The notes under the pieces are model-generated. The model worked only from the letters and a program-made list of their open reading frames with translations. It was not told the DNA's origin and ran no database searches. Both the position numbers and the translations under genes were made by a program. 64,000 nt of DNA from Macrostomum lignano (lineage: Eukaryota): the NCBI GenBank assembly GCA_002269645.1, contig NIVC01000455.1:1-64000 (forward strand). Reading direction: 5' to 3'. Below, piece by piece: positions 23,434 through 36,540 of this stretch. The first letter of the stretch is position 1. Each line of letters opens with the position of its first letter.

Positions 23434-26400
23434 TCACATCACGGCACAGTTGTAACCTGCAGAGGGGTGGCACACGGGGTGTTGGTTGTTAATCAGATAG
23501 GGGTCAGCTACTCCTGGCTCCAAGGGTGTCAGCTACTCCTGACTCACAGGGTGTCAGCTACTCCTGACTCCCAGGGTGTCAGCTACTCCTGACTCCCAGG
23601 GTGTCAGCTACTCCTGACTCACAGGGTGTCAGCTACTCCTGACTCTCAGGGTGTCAGCTACTCCTGACTCCCAGGGTGTCAGCTACTCCTGACTCCCAGG
23701 GTGTCAGCTACTCCTGACTCCCAGGGTGTCAGCTACTCCTGACTCCCAGGGTGTCAGCTACTCCTGACTCTCAGGGTGTCAGCTACTCCTGACTCTCAGG
23801 GTGTCAGCTACTCCTGACTCCCAGGGTGTCAGCTACTCCTGACTCCCAGGGTGTCAGCTACTCCTGACTCTCAGGGTGTCAGCTACTCCTGACTCCCAGG
23901 GTTTCAGCTACTCCTGACTCACAGGGTGTCAGCTACTCCTGACTCACAGGGTGTCAGCTACTCCTGACTCTCAGGGTGTCAGCTACTCCTGACTCCCAGG
24001 GTGTCAGCTACTCCTGACTCCCAGGGTGTCAGCTACTCCTGACTCCCAGGGTGTCAGCTACTCCTGACTCCCAGGGTGTCAGCTACTCCTGACTCTCAGG
24101 GGGTTAACTAATTATACGTTAACCACCCCATTCCCGAGTGGGTCAGCTGCTTTCCCCAGTGGGTCAGCCCCATTCCCCAGTGGGTCAGTCCCATTCCCCA
24201 GTGGGTCAGCCCCATTCCCCAGTGGGTCAGCCCCAATCCCCCAGTGGGTCAGCCAATCCCCAGTCTCACCCTCCGACTTCATCTCTTGGTCAGTCTCCAA
24301 AGCCTTCTGAAGCTCGGCCTTGGGTTTTTCGCTATTCTTGGAGCAAATGAACTTTCTGACATTTTCCGCAGTTGACAGGTTGAAGTCCACCTGGAGACAA
24401 CATAAAAGACAATTAAAGACAATCGGACACAATCGAAGACAATCGGACACAATTGGAGACAATCGGACACAATTAGAGACAATCGGACACAATTAGAGAC
24501 AATTGAACACAATCGGAGACAATCAGACACAATTACAGACAATCGGACACAATTAGAGACAATCGGAGACAATTGGAGACAATCGGACACAATTGAAGAC
24601 AATCGGACACAATTGGAGACAATTGAAGACAATCGGACACAATTGGAGACAATCGGACACAATTGAAGACAATCGGACACAATCGGAGACAATTGAAGAC
24701 AATTGGAGACAATCGGACACAATCGGAGACAATTGGAGACAATCGGAGACAATTGGAGACAATCGGAGACAATTGGAGACAATCGGAGACAATCGGAGAC
24801 AATCGCGGAGACAATCGGACACAATTAGAGACAATTGGACACAATTGGAGACAATTGGAGACAATCGGAGGCAATCGCGGAGACAATCGGACACAATTGG
24901 AGACAATCGGACACAATTGGAGACAATTGGAGACAATCGGACACAATTGGAGACAATCGGAGACAATTGGAGACAATCGGAGACAATCGGAGACAATCGC
25001 GGAGACAATCGGACACAATTGGAGACAATTGGACACAATTGGAGACAATTGGAGACAATTGGAGACAATCGGAGGCAATCGCGGAGACAATCGGACACAA
25101 TTGGAGACAATCGGACACAATTGGAGACAATTGGAGACAATTGGAGACAATCGGACACAATTGGAGACAATCGGACACAATTAGAGACAATCGGAGACAA
25201 TCGGACACAATTAGAGACAATCGGAGACAATCGGACACAATTAGAGACAATCGGAGACAATCGGACACAATTGAAGACAATCGGACACAATTAGAGACAA
25301 TCGGAGACAATCGGACACAATTAGAGACAATCGGAGACAATCGGACACAATTGAAGACAATCGGACACAATTAGAGACAATCGGAGACAATCGGACACAA
25401 TTAGAGACAATTGGACACAATTAGAGACAATTGGACACAATTAAAGACAATCGGACACAATTGGAGACAATCGGAGACAATCGGACACAATTAGAGACAA
25501 TCGGACACAATTAGAGACAATCGGACACAATTAGAGACAATCGGACACAATTGAAGACAATCGGACACAATTAGAGACAATCGGACACAATTAGAGACAA
25601 TTGGACACAATTAGAGACAATCGGACACAATTAGAGACAATTGGACACAATTAGAGACAATCGGACACAATTAGAGACAATCGGACACAATTGAAGACAA
25701 TCGGACACAATTAGAGACAATCGGACACAATTAGAGACAATCGGACACAATTAGAGACAATTGGACACAATTAGAGACAATCGGACACAATTAGAGACAA
25801 TCGGAGACAATCGGACACAATCGGAGACAATCGGAGACAAAAAAGAAACAATAAAAAACCTGGTATGTGAAAAATGGATTTCAATTTTCTTACCACTTCG
25901 CACAGCAGGGTCCTTCTTTCACCTTCGGGTTCTTCTGCACAAGGAATAAAAAAAGTTACGAACAGAACTAGTTCTCACACAAAATATGATTAATAAATAA
26001 TTCTCACTCCTGATTAACTCGAGCAGTTTGTCGCAACAAGTCTCGAACAGAGCCAGGGCTTCCTCGTGGGCGCCCAAGCTCAGCTGGAACAAAGAAACAG
26101 AAGGGTTTTTATAACTGAAAAGCAAGAATTAGCAAACGCAAAAAATTCAAATTCTGAAAAAATATTCTCACGATGCTCAATTTGCCTACTGAAAGTAGCG
26201 AAAAGTTGAGAAAAAATCACCTTATGATTGAAGGCTGATATCTCCTTCAGGCTGGCCATGATATCCTGGTCGGGCTTGCACAGTTCCACTAAAATTGATG
26301 CAGTGAATAAAGTGCAATTCAAAACGCAAGCTGTGTAACAGTGCAAGTATGAGTAATCGGCCTCAGCCAGCTGACTCACGCAACCGATTCCAGCGCGACT

Positions 26401-29400
26401 CGGCAACGGGCGGTCGTTTCGGCCGGCCCTGCGTCACCTCCGACTGCAGGTACTCGGCTCGGCTCATGTACTCATAGATCTGGGCGGTGGTGCAGGGTTC
26501 GGACTGAAGTGTGTCCGCCAGGCTGTCCCATGTGTCCACCAGACTGTCTCGTGTGTCTATCGGGCTGTCTTGTGTCTATCAGATTGTTCCGTGTGTCTAT
26601 CAGTGCCCCGTGTGTCTATCAGACTGTCTCAGTTGACTATCGGACTGTCTCAGGTGATTATCAGACTGTCTCAGTTGATTATCAGACTGTCTCTTGTCTC
26701 TATCAGACTGTCTCGTGTCTCTATCAGACTGTGTCGTGTCTTTATCAGACTGTCTCTTGTCTCTATCAGACTGTCTCGTGTCTCTATCCGACTGTCTCAG
26801 GTGACTATCAGACTGTCTCGAGTCTCTACCAGACTGTCTCGTGGCTCTACCAGATTGTCTCTTGTCTCTATCAGACTGTCTCGTGTCTTTATCAGACTGT
26901 CTCTTGTCTCTATCAGACTGTCTCTTGTCTCTATCAGACTGTCTCTTGTCTCTATTAGACTGTCTCGAGTCTCTACCAGACTGTCTCGTGGCTCTACCAG
27001 ATTGTCTCGTGTCTCTATCAGACTGTCTCATTTCTCTATAAGACTTCTCAGGTGACTATCAGACTGTCTCTTGTCTCTATCAGACTGTCTCGTGTCTCTA
27101 TCAGACTGTCTCGGGTCTCTATCAGACTGTCTCTTGTTCTCTATCAAACTGTCTCGTATGTCTATCAGACTGTCCCATTTCTCTATAAGACTTCTCTCAG
27201 GTGACTATCAGGCTGTCTCAGGTGACTATCAGGCTGTCTCAGGTGACTATCAGGCTGTCTCAGGTGACTATCGGGCCTCAATCAGACTGCTGTCTTGTGC
27301 CTCTATCAGCCAATAGGCACTGCCTACCCGATCGCGGAGCTGCTCTTTCTTCTGCGCGCTGTCCTCGTCTGGAAGCAAATGGCAATTGAGAAACAGTGCA
27401 CGGCTGGACTATGAGCAGTTCAAGTGCATGACTAGCCAAGCCAGCGCCAAAACTGGAGCTCACAGTGCAGCGCGGGCACCAGGTAAGTCAGCGCCAGCCG
27501 GTACAGCCGAAATGCCTCCTCGAGTTCCCCGCCGGAGTCCGCCTTGACCGCCCGCAGCGCCAGACTCTTGCCCTTCTCCAGGCACTCGGCCGATGGCGCG
27601 TGATCCAAGTCAATGAACGAGTGCCCGAAGAAGGCCGCGTGGTCGCGCGATGACGGGGGTCGCGCTGTAACAGCCTGGTCAGCAGGTCCTGACAGGCGGC
27701 CGTCAGGGGCACCTCCCGGCCGGCGAGGCACTGGACCGCGGGCACGGACACCGGGTCCGGGCTGGCGATCTTGCGCAGCAGATCCTCGTGCGTCTCCGAG
27801 GCGAACGGGGCTCGGCCGAACAGGCACTCGTAGAGGATGATGCCCACCTGGGTTGCGGGAGTGTTCGAGACCTGCTAACTGCGAGTAGGAAGCTGGGAAA
27901 TGCCTTAGCAACAGAAAAGAGATGGGGGGAATCCCTTAGCGATGGCTAAGAAGTGAGAAATTCCGTAGCTTCGGGTACGAGTAGGATAGAAACAGGGAGA
28001 TGCTTTAGCTGATCGTATGATTGAAACCATAGTAGAGATACCAGTACAGTACAGTGAAAACCAGTACAGTGCAGTGAAAAACAGTACAGTAGAGACAGCT
28101 GGGGAATCCCTTAGCAACAGTAAAGAAGCTGGGAATCCCTTAGCAACAGTAAAGAAGCTGGGAATCCCTTAGCAACAGTAAAGACGCTGGGAATCCCTTA
28201 GAAACAATAAAGAGATAGGGGAATGCCTTAGCAACGATAGAGATGGGGAATCCCTTAGCAACAGTAGAGAAAGTTGGGGAATCCCTTAGCAACAGTAGAG
28301 AAAGCTGGGGAATCCCTTAGCAACAGTAGAGAAAGCTGGGGAATCCCTTAGCAACAGTAGAGAAAGCTGGTGAATCCCTTAGCAACAGTAGAGCAAGCTG
28401 GGGAATCCCTTAGCAACAGTAGAGAAAGTTGGGGAATCCCTTAGCAACAGTAGAGAAAGCTGGGGAATCCCTTAGCAACAGTAGAGAAAGCTGGGGAATC
28501 CCTTAGCAACAGTAGAGAAAGTTGGGGAATCCCTTAGCAACAGTAGAGCAAGCTGGGGAATCCCTTAGCAACAGTAGAGAAAGTTGGGGAATCCCTTAGC
28601 AACAGTAGAGCAAGCTGGGGAATCCCTTAGCAACAGTAGAGAAAGTTGGGGAATCCCTTAGCAACAGTAAAGAGATGGAGGAATCAACAGGAATCAACCC
28701 TTAGCAACAGTAAAGAGATGGAGGAATCCCTTAGCAACAGTAGACAGATGGAGAAATCCCTTAGCAACAGTAAAGGCTGGAAATCCCTTACTATTACACA
28801 GAGCAGAACAAGCTGGTAACTCACCGACCACAGGTCGCACTTCGGGCTATACCGCCTGTCAACAACAATCTCCGGGGCCATGTACAGCAGGCTGCCGCGC
28901 ACCTGGTCAGCGTGACTGTCCGACTTCAGGTGATGCGCGAAGCCGAAATCGGCAATCTTCAGTTTGGGGCTGTCCCCGCCAGTCAGCAGGATGTTCTGCG
29001 GCTTCAGGTCCATGTGGACCACGTTGCGGCTGTGCAGGTAGCGCAGCGCCAGGGCCAGCTGCTGCAGGAACCGGCGAACCAGCTTGGGGGGTGGGGGCGT
29101 GGGAGATGCCCAGATAGTTACCGGTCATCGCCTGTAAATAACAATATCTCCTCTCCAATCTAATCGCATTATCTCTCATCCAATCCTATCTCCATTCAAC
29201 TGATCCCATCCTTCCATCATCTAATACCATCCTCTAATAATCTAACCCCGTCCTCTAATCATCTAATCCCATCCTCTCATAATCTAACCCCGTCCTCTAA
29301 TCATCTAATCCCATCCTCTCATCATCTAACCCCGTCCTCTAATCATCTAATCCCATCCTCTCATCATCTAATCCCATCCTCTCATCATCTAATCCCATCC

Positions 29401-30585
29401 TCTCATCATCTAATCCTATCCTCTCGTCATCTAATCCCATCCTCTCATCATCTAATCCCATCCTCTCATCATCTAATCCCATTCTCTCATCATCTAAGCC
29501 TAATCTACCTCCTCCATTCTTATCACCCCAGCCCTGATTTAAATCTCCAATCTTGAATGCTCCAAGGTGACCTACTTTACTGAGATCGAATCCACTGCAT
29601 CAACAGAAGGCACGCCAGACTCACAGACTCGGACAGGCAGCGGCGCAGCTTGATAAACCGCAGCAGGTCGCGACCTGAGCAGTACTCCAGGATGAGGTGA
29701 ATGTGATTCGCGTCCCACACGAAGTCAATCAACCGGACAATATGCGGATGGTTCAGCGTTTTCAACAGCTCGATCTCTTTGAGCAGATTCTCTTTGGAAG
29801 TGTTGGTCAGGCTCTTCTTGCTCACGCATTTGATGGCCACCACCTCGCGAGAGCCGCCCTGCAAGTTGGAAGAGCCATTGTGAGTTGCTATGGTTCACTG
29901 TGGGAGTTGCCATGGCTCATTGTGGGAGTTGCCATGGATCATTGTGGGAGTTGCTATGGATCATTGTGGGAGTTGCTATGGTTCACTGTGGGAGTTGCCA
30001 TGGATCATTGTGGGAGTTGCTATGGCTCATTGTGGGAGTTGCTATGGCTCATTGTGGGAGTTGCTATGGCTCATTGTGGGAGTTGCTATGGCTCATTGTG
30101 GGAGTTGCTATGGATCATTGTGGGAGTTGCCATGGATCATTGTGGGAGTTGCTATGGATCATTGTGGGAGTTGCCATGGATCATTGTGGGAGTTGCTATG
30201 GATCATTGTGGGAGTTGCCATGGATCATTGTGGGAGTTAAACCATTGACTCCTGGAGCACATTCAAGCCCCCCAATACTGTACGCAGTCACGCACTCTCA
30301 AACACGCTCACACAGGGTGCACAGCGGCCCTGACTTTCTAATTGCCAAGCATGTACACTCTGGCCCATTTGACGCTTATCTGCTCTGCCCCGGTTATCGC
30401 TTTTTCAAACTCTGATTTTGCTGCGCAAAACAGGCAGCCTTCGACTTCCCACAGTCTGGACTCAGCTTTCACACCTGTCTAATGGCCTGGTAGACGGTGG
30501 CGTAGGTGCCAGCCCCGAGCCGGCCGGTGATGTTGAACTGCGGCACCGATGGCGGGCCGTCAGAACCGGCGGACGAGGCGGCCAT
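23434..30585 (-). CDS. ULK3: Serine/threonine kinase ULK3 (kinase + two MIT domains), 11 exons, one apparent 1-nt deletion
   Basis: Exons 30475..30585, 29625..29858, 28825..29082, 27464..27847, 27328..27368, 26380..26479, 26221..26288, 26008..26083, 25894..25934, 24270..24390, 23434..23456. Motifs [70 protein letters not shown]; MIT1 [25 protein letters not shown]; MIT2 [13 protein letters not shown]. Exon 4 is 384 nt where the phases require 385 (shift near 27645). Confidence 0.93.
23510..24100. repeat. Intronic minisatellite, 25-bp unit
   Basis: cagggtgtcagctactcctgactc(c/t/a). Confidence 0.95.
24130..24262. repeat. Short intronic tandem repeat, 21-bp unit
   Basis: ccccagtgggtcagccccatt next to a ULK3 donor site. 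Confidence 0.85.
24395..25835. repeat. Intronic minisatellite, 10/20-bp periodicity
   Basis: ggagacaatc / ggacacaatt / agagacaatt units in ULK3 intron 9. Confidence 0.95.
26550..27300. repeat. Intronic minisatellite, 21-bp unit
   Basis: ctatcagactgtctc(t/g)tgtct. Confidence 0.9.
28070..28790. repeat. Intronic minisatellite, about 31-bp unit
   Basis: ggggaatcccttagcaacagtagagaaagct. Confidence 0.9.
29160..29500. repeat. Intronic minisatellite, 21-bp unit
   Basis: tctaatcccatcctctcatca. Confidence 0.9.
29870..30240. repeat. Intronic minisatellite, 22-bp unit
   Basis: tgggagttgc(c/t)atggatcattg. Confidence 0.9.
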
Positions 30586-31189
30586 GGCCGATTATAACGT
30601 TTCCTTTTAACGCACTTTTCCGGCTTTGAAATTTTTTATCGCGAAAATTCAAAACGCAGGCACCTCTGGAACGAGAGCAGCACAAGAGTTGTTTAAAAAG
30701 ATGTCTAAAATGTTTAAACTTAAGCCGTTTTTTGTTTAAATGAAGACCGACTTAATTCAAAATAGGAAAAAATGCTGGTGGAAGCGAACTGCAAAGTATA
30801 TTTGTTATTATTAAACTAAATATAAATAAAATATTTTATTGTTAAAATTCACTTGTGGAATTGGTTCGTATCGAGACTGAGAAAAATTATTTAAATATAA
30901 AAATTATTGTTATAATACGCTCGTAATTGCTGCTGATGAAGATATCCAATACAAATGCAAGTAAAATTTCAGATAACAGATTGACAGCACTTAATTAGCA
31001 CCAGAAGAAGCTTGGAAAAATTGTTTGCCATAAAAGCCATAGGTCACTACTTATTCGTGACAGTTAGTAGTGAAGCAAACATTTTCTAACTTTCGGAATT
31101 TTCTAAAAGCTAAACAGCTGCGTTTTGCAGGATTGGTTAATAACAGTAAATATAGCCAAAATTCAACACCACCACCGCATTCTTGAGGA

Positions 31190-34100
31190 CGGTTCAGGGC
31201 GATTCTTCAGGTTGGTTCAGGGCGATTCTTCAGGATGGTTCAGGGCGATTCTTCAGGATGGTTCAGGGCGATTCTTCAGGTTGGTTCAGGGCGATTCTTC
31301 AGGATGGTTCAGGGCGATTCTTCAGGTTGGTTCAGGGCGATTCTTCAGGTTGGTTCAGGGCGATTCTTCAGGTTGGTTCAGGGCGATTCTTCAGGATGGT
31401 TCAGGGCGATTCTTCAGGTTGGTTCAGGGCGATTCTTCAGGATGGTTCAGGGCGATTCTTCAGGATGGTTCAGGGCGATTCTTCAGGTTGGTTCAGGGCG
31501 ATTCTTCAGGATGGTTCAGGGCGATTCTTCAGGTTGGTTCAGGGCGATTCTTGGGGTTAGTTCAGGGCGATTCTTCAGGTTGGTTCAGGGCGATTCTTCA
31601 GGATGGTTCAGGGCGATTCTTCAGGATGGTTCAGGGCGATTCTTCGGGATGGTTCAGGGCGATTCTTCAGGATGGTTCAGGGCGATTCTTCAGGATGGTT
31701 CAGGGCGATTCTTCAGGATGGTTCAGGGCGATTCTTCAGGTTGGTTCAGGGCGATTCTTCAGGATGGTTCAGGGCGATTCTTCAGGTTGGTTCAGGGCGA
31801 TTCTTCAGGATGGTTCAGGGCGATTCTTCAGGTTGGTTCAGGGCGATTCTTCAGGATGGTTCAGGGCGATTCTTCAGAATGGTTCAGGGCGATTCTTCAG
31901 GTTGGTTCAGGGCGATTCTTCAGGTTGGTTCAGGGCGATTCTTCAGGATGGTTCAGGGCGATTCTTCAGGTTGGTTCAGGGCGATTCTTCAGGATGGTTC
32001 AGGGCGATTCTTCAGAATGGTTCAGGGCGATTCTTCAGGTTGGTTCAGGGCGATTCTTCAGGATGGTTCAGGGCGATTCTTCAGGATGGTTCAGGGCGAT
32101 TCTTCAGGTTGGTTCAGGGCGATTCTTCAGGATGGTTCAGGGCGATTCTTCAGGTTGGTTCAGGGCGATTCTTCAGGATGGTTCAGGGCGATTCTTCAGG
32201 TTGGTTCAGGGCGATTCTTCAGGATGGTTCAGGGCGATTCTTCAGAATGGTTCAGGGCGATTCTTCAGGTTGGTTCAGGGCGATTCTTCAGGTTGGTTCA
32301 GGGCGATTCTTCAGAATGGTTCAGGGCGATTCTTCAGGATGGTTCAGGGCGATTCTTCAGGATGGTTCAGGGCGATTCTTCAGGATGGTTCAGGGCGATT
32401 CTTCAGGTTGGTTCAGGGCGATTCTTCAGGATGGTTCAGGGCGATTCTTCAGGATGGTTCAGGGCGATTCTTCAGGTTGGTTCAGGGCGATTCTTCAGGA
32501 TGGTTCAGGGCGATTCTTCAGGATGGTTCAGGGCGATTCTTCAGGTTGGTTCAGGGCGATTCTTCAGGATGGTTCAGGGCGATTCTTCAGGTTGGTTCAG
32601 GGCGATTCTTCAGGATGGTTCAGGGCGATTCTTCAGAATGGTTCAGGGCGATTCTTCAGGTTGGTTCAGGGCGATTCTTCAGGTTGGTTCAGGGCGATTC
32701 TTCAGAATGGTTCAGGGCGATGTTTCAGGATGGTTCAGGGCGATTCTTCACGATGGTTCAGGGCGATTCTTCAGGATGGTTCAGGGCGATTCTTCAGGTT
32801 GGTTCAGGGCGATTCTTCAGGATGGTTCAGGGCGATTCTTCAGGACGGTTCAGGGCGATTCTTCAGGTTGGTTCAGGGCGATTCTTCAGGATGGTTCAGG
32901 GCGATTCTTCAGGTTGGTTCAGGGCGATTCTTCAGGTTGGTTCAGGGCGATTCTTCAGGATGGTTCAGGGCGATTCTTTAGGTTGGTTCAGGGCGATTCT
33001 TCAGGATGGTTCAGGGCGATTCTTCAGGTTGGTTCAGGGCGATTCTTCAGGATGGTTCAGGGCGATTCTTCAGGATGGTTCAGGGCGATTCTTCAGGTTG
33101 GTTCAGGGCGATTCTTCAGGATGGTTCAGGGCGATTCTTCAGGATGGTTCAGGGCGATTCTTCAGGTTGGTTCAGGGCGATTCTTGGGGTTAGTTCAGGG
33201 CGATTCTTCAGGATGGTTCAGGGCGATTCTTTAGGATAGTTTAGGGCGATTCTTCAGGTTGGTTCAGGGCGATTCTTCAGGATGGTTCAGGGCGATTCTT
33301 CAGGATGGTTCAGGGCGTTCTTCAGGATGGTTCAGGGCGATTCTTCAGGATGGTTCAGGGCGATTCTTCAGGATGGTTCAGGGCGATTCTTTAGGATAGT
33401 TTATGGCGATTCTTCAGGTTGGTTCAGGGCGATTCTTCAGGATGGTTCAGGGCAATTCTTCAGGTTGGTTCAGGGCGATTCTTCAGGATGGTTCAGGGCG
33501 ATTCTTCAGGATGGTTCAGGGCGATTCTTCAGGTTGGTTCAGGGCGATTCTTCAGGATGGTTCAGGGCGATTCTTCAGGATGGTTCAGGGCGATTCTTCA
33601 GGTTGGTTCAGGGCGATTCTTGGGGTTAGTTCAGGGCGATTCTTCAGGATGGTTCAGGGCGATTCTTCAGGATGGTTCAGGGCGATTCTTCAGGATGGTT
33701 CAGGGCGATTCTTCGGGATGGTTCAGGGCGATTCTTCAGGATGGTTCAGGGCGATTCTTCAGGATGGTTCAGGGCGATTCTTCAGGTTGGTTCAGGGCGA
33801 TTCTTTAGGATAGTTTAGGGCGATTCTTCAGGTTGGTTCAGGGCGATTCTTCAGGATGGTTCAGGGCGATTCTTCAGGATGGTTCAGGGCGATTCTTCAG
33901 GTTGGTTAAGGGCGATTTTTTAGGATAGTTTAGGGCGAGTCTTCAGGATGGTTCAGGGCGATTCTTCAGGTTGGTTCAGGGCGATTCTTCAGGATGGTTC
34001 AGGGCGATTCTTCAGGATGGTTCAGGGCGATTCTTCAGAATGGTTCAGGGCGATTCTTCAGGTTGGTTCAGGGCGATTCTTCAGGTTGGTTCAGGGCGAT

Positions 34101-34480
34101 TCTTCAGGATGGTTCAGGGTGATTCTTCAGGATGGTTCAGGGCGATTCTTCGGGATGGTTCAGGGCGATTCTTCAGGTTGGTTCAGGGCGATTCTTGGGG
34201 TTAGTTCAGGGCGATTCTTCAGGATGGTTCAGGGCGATTCTTCAGGATGGTTCAGGGCGATTCTTCAGGATGGTTCAGGGCGATTCTTCGGGATGGTTCA
34301 GGGCGATTCTTCAGGATGGTTCAGGGCGATTCTTCAGGTTGGTTCAGGGCGATTCTTCAGGATGGTTCAGGGTGATTCTTCAGGATGGTTCAGGGCGATT
34401 CTTCAGGATGGTTCAGGGCGATTCTTCGGGATGGTTCAGGGCGATTCTTCAGGTTGGTTCAGGGCGATTCATCAGGTTGG
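31190..34480. repeat. Large intergenic minisatellite, 23-bp unit, 3.3 kb
   Basis: ggttcagggcgattcttcagg(a/t)t; lies between the DCTD 3' end and the ULK3 5' end. Confidence 0.97.
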
Positions 34481-34559
34481 TTTAATGCGATTTCCAGGGA
34501 TTATAGCGAAACTCGCATTCAATGTTCTGCTGAGACATTGACACAATTCCAGACAGGTT

Positions 34560-36182
34560 CTACCGCAGGGTCAGTGCCAGCGCCGCCTCGGTCTCTTCCG
34601 GCAGCTGGTCGAAGTCGATCACAATGGACCGCCGGCTCGGCGTGAACTGCCTGAACTTCACGTCGGCCATCCGGAAGATTCTTTTGGCCGCCTCGTTCTG
34701 CACGGTGCCGCAGTACTTGTCGGACAGGTACACCACCTCGGTGATGCCCGACTGCACGATGATCTTGGCGCACTCGTTGCAGGGGAACAGGGCCACGTAC
34801 AGGGTGCAGTCGCGCACGTCAGCCGAGTTCTTATTCATGATGGCGTTCATCTCCGCGTGGCAGACAAACAGATACTTCGAGCCCAGCGGATCGCCCGGCG
34901 TCTGGCGTTGCCATGGCAACTGATCGTCCGAGCAGCCGATCGGCATGCCGTTGTAGCCAACGCCCACAATTTTGCGCTGCTTGTTTACAATGCAGCAGCC
35001 TACCTGAGTGCGAATAGGCAAAATCCGCTTTGCAAAGTGTTTTACCATACATATCGGCCGGTTTCATATTATGACAGCTTAGACAGGACTAAGGAATAAG
35101 CTCTGACTAGGCAACTCTCTATCTGTCACTGCTAGCAAAGGGGGAAGTGGGCGCTGCCGCTAGGCAGTCGGGCGGGCAGCCATGTCTATTCCGCTCACAC
35201 GGGGTGTACAGTGGTCCTGAGATCAACGGCAGGCATGTCCATTCCGCTCACACGGGGTGTACAGTGGTCCTGAGATCAACGACAGGCATGTCCATTCCGC
35301 TCACACGGGGTGTACAGTGGTCCTGAGATCAACGGCAGGCATGTCCATTCCGCTCACACGGGGTGTACAGTGGTCCTGAGATCAACGGCAGGCATGCCCA
35401 TTCCGCTCACACGGGGTGTACAGTGGTCCTGAGATCAACGACAGGCATGTCCATTCCGCTCACACGGGGTGTACAGTGGTCCTGAGATCAACGGCAGGCA
35501 TGTCCATTCCGCTCACACGGGGTGTACAGTGGTCCTGAGATCAACGGCAGGCATGTCCATTCCGCTCACACAGGGTGTACAGTGGTCCTGAGATCAACGG
35601 CAGGCATGTCCATTCCGCTCACACAGGGTGTACAGTGGTCCTGAGATCAACGGCAGGCATGCCCATTCCGCTCACACGGGGTGTACAGTGGTCCTGAGAT
35701 CAACGGCAGGCATGTCCATTCCGCTCACACGGGGTGTACAGTGGTCCTGAGATCAACGGCAGGCATGTCCATTCCGCTCACACGGGGTGTACAGTGGTCC
35801 TGAGATCAACGGCAGGCATGTCCATTCCGCTCACACGGGGTGTACAGTGGTCCTGAGATCAACGGCAGGCATGTCCATTCCGCTCACACGGGGTGTACAG
35901 TGGTCCTGAGATCAACGGCAGGCATGTAAATACCCTGTCCCTTGGGGTCGGCCTTCCTGCGCGTTTCGTGCAAAAGTCCCAAATTATTGTGGCCGCCCAA
36001 GAAATCGAAACCGCTTGAGCTGCTCTGCCCCCCCCCACCCGCCTTGGCCTCACCTGCGTCGCCGGGTCCTTGCTCCTCTGGGCAGACAGGAAGGCAACGG
36101 ACATGAAGTACTCCTCCCAGCTGATGTAGTCAGCTCGCTTACCCGACTCACCGCTGCTCTGCGAACTGCAGCTGTTCGCCAT
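34560..36182 (-). CDS. DCTD: dCMP deaminase, 2 exons (36054..36182, 34560..35003)
   Basis: [29 protein letters not shown] | [77 protein letters not shown]; HAE and PCxxC zinc motifs; phase-0 GT-AG intron. Confidence 0.97.
35185..35930. repeat. Intronic minisatellite, 53-bp unit, about 14 copies
   Basis: ccattccgctcacacggggtgtacagtggtcctgagatcaacggcaggcatgt. Confidence 0.95.
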
Positions 36183-36249
36183 GAAACCAAGGGTTGCGTT
36201 TGGAATCTTGAGCTGCCGGCCATGCTGACATTAAGCTGCTAAATATCTG

Positions 36250-36291
36250 CTCATGTGTGTCTGCCCGTCTGTCTGTCTGTCTGTCTAAGCG

Positions 36292-36327
<36 letters not shown>

Positions 36328-36330
36328 GCC

Positions 36331-36365
<35 letters not shown>

Positions 36366-36387
36366 CTGTCTGTCTGTCTAAGTGTCT

Positions 36388-36418
<31 letters not shown>

Positions 36419-36540
36419 CTGTTCGTCTATGTGTCTGTCTGTCTGTCCATCAAAGTGGCTGGCTGTCTGTCTATCTGTCTGTCAGTTTGTCTGTCTGTCT
36501 GCCTGTCCGTCTATGTGTCTTTCTGTCTGTCTGTTTGTCA
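36250..36540. repeat. (TCTG)n microsatellite upstream of DCTD
   Basis: Degenerate tetranucleotide repeat. Confidence 0.95.

Noticed and set aside
31125-34541. ORFs of 543-652 aa made of GSGRFFRMVQGDSSGWFRAILQ repeats
   Set aside because: A 23-bp unit cycles through all frames without stops; pure satellite.
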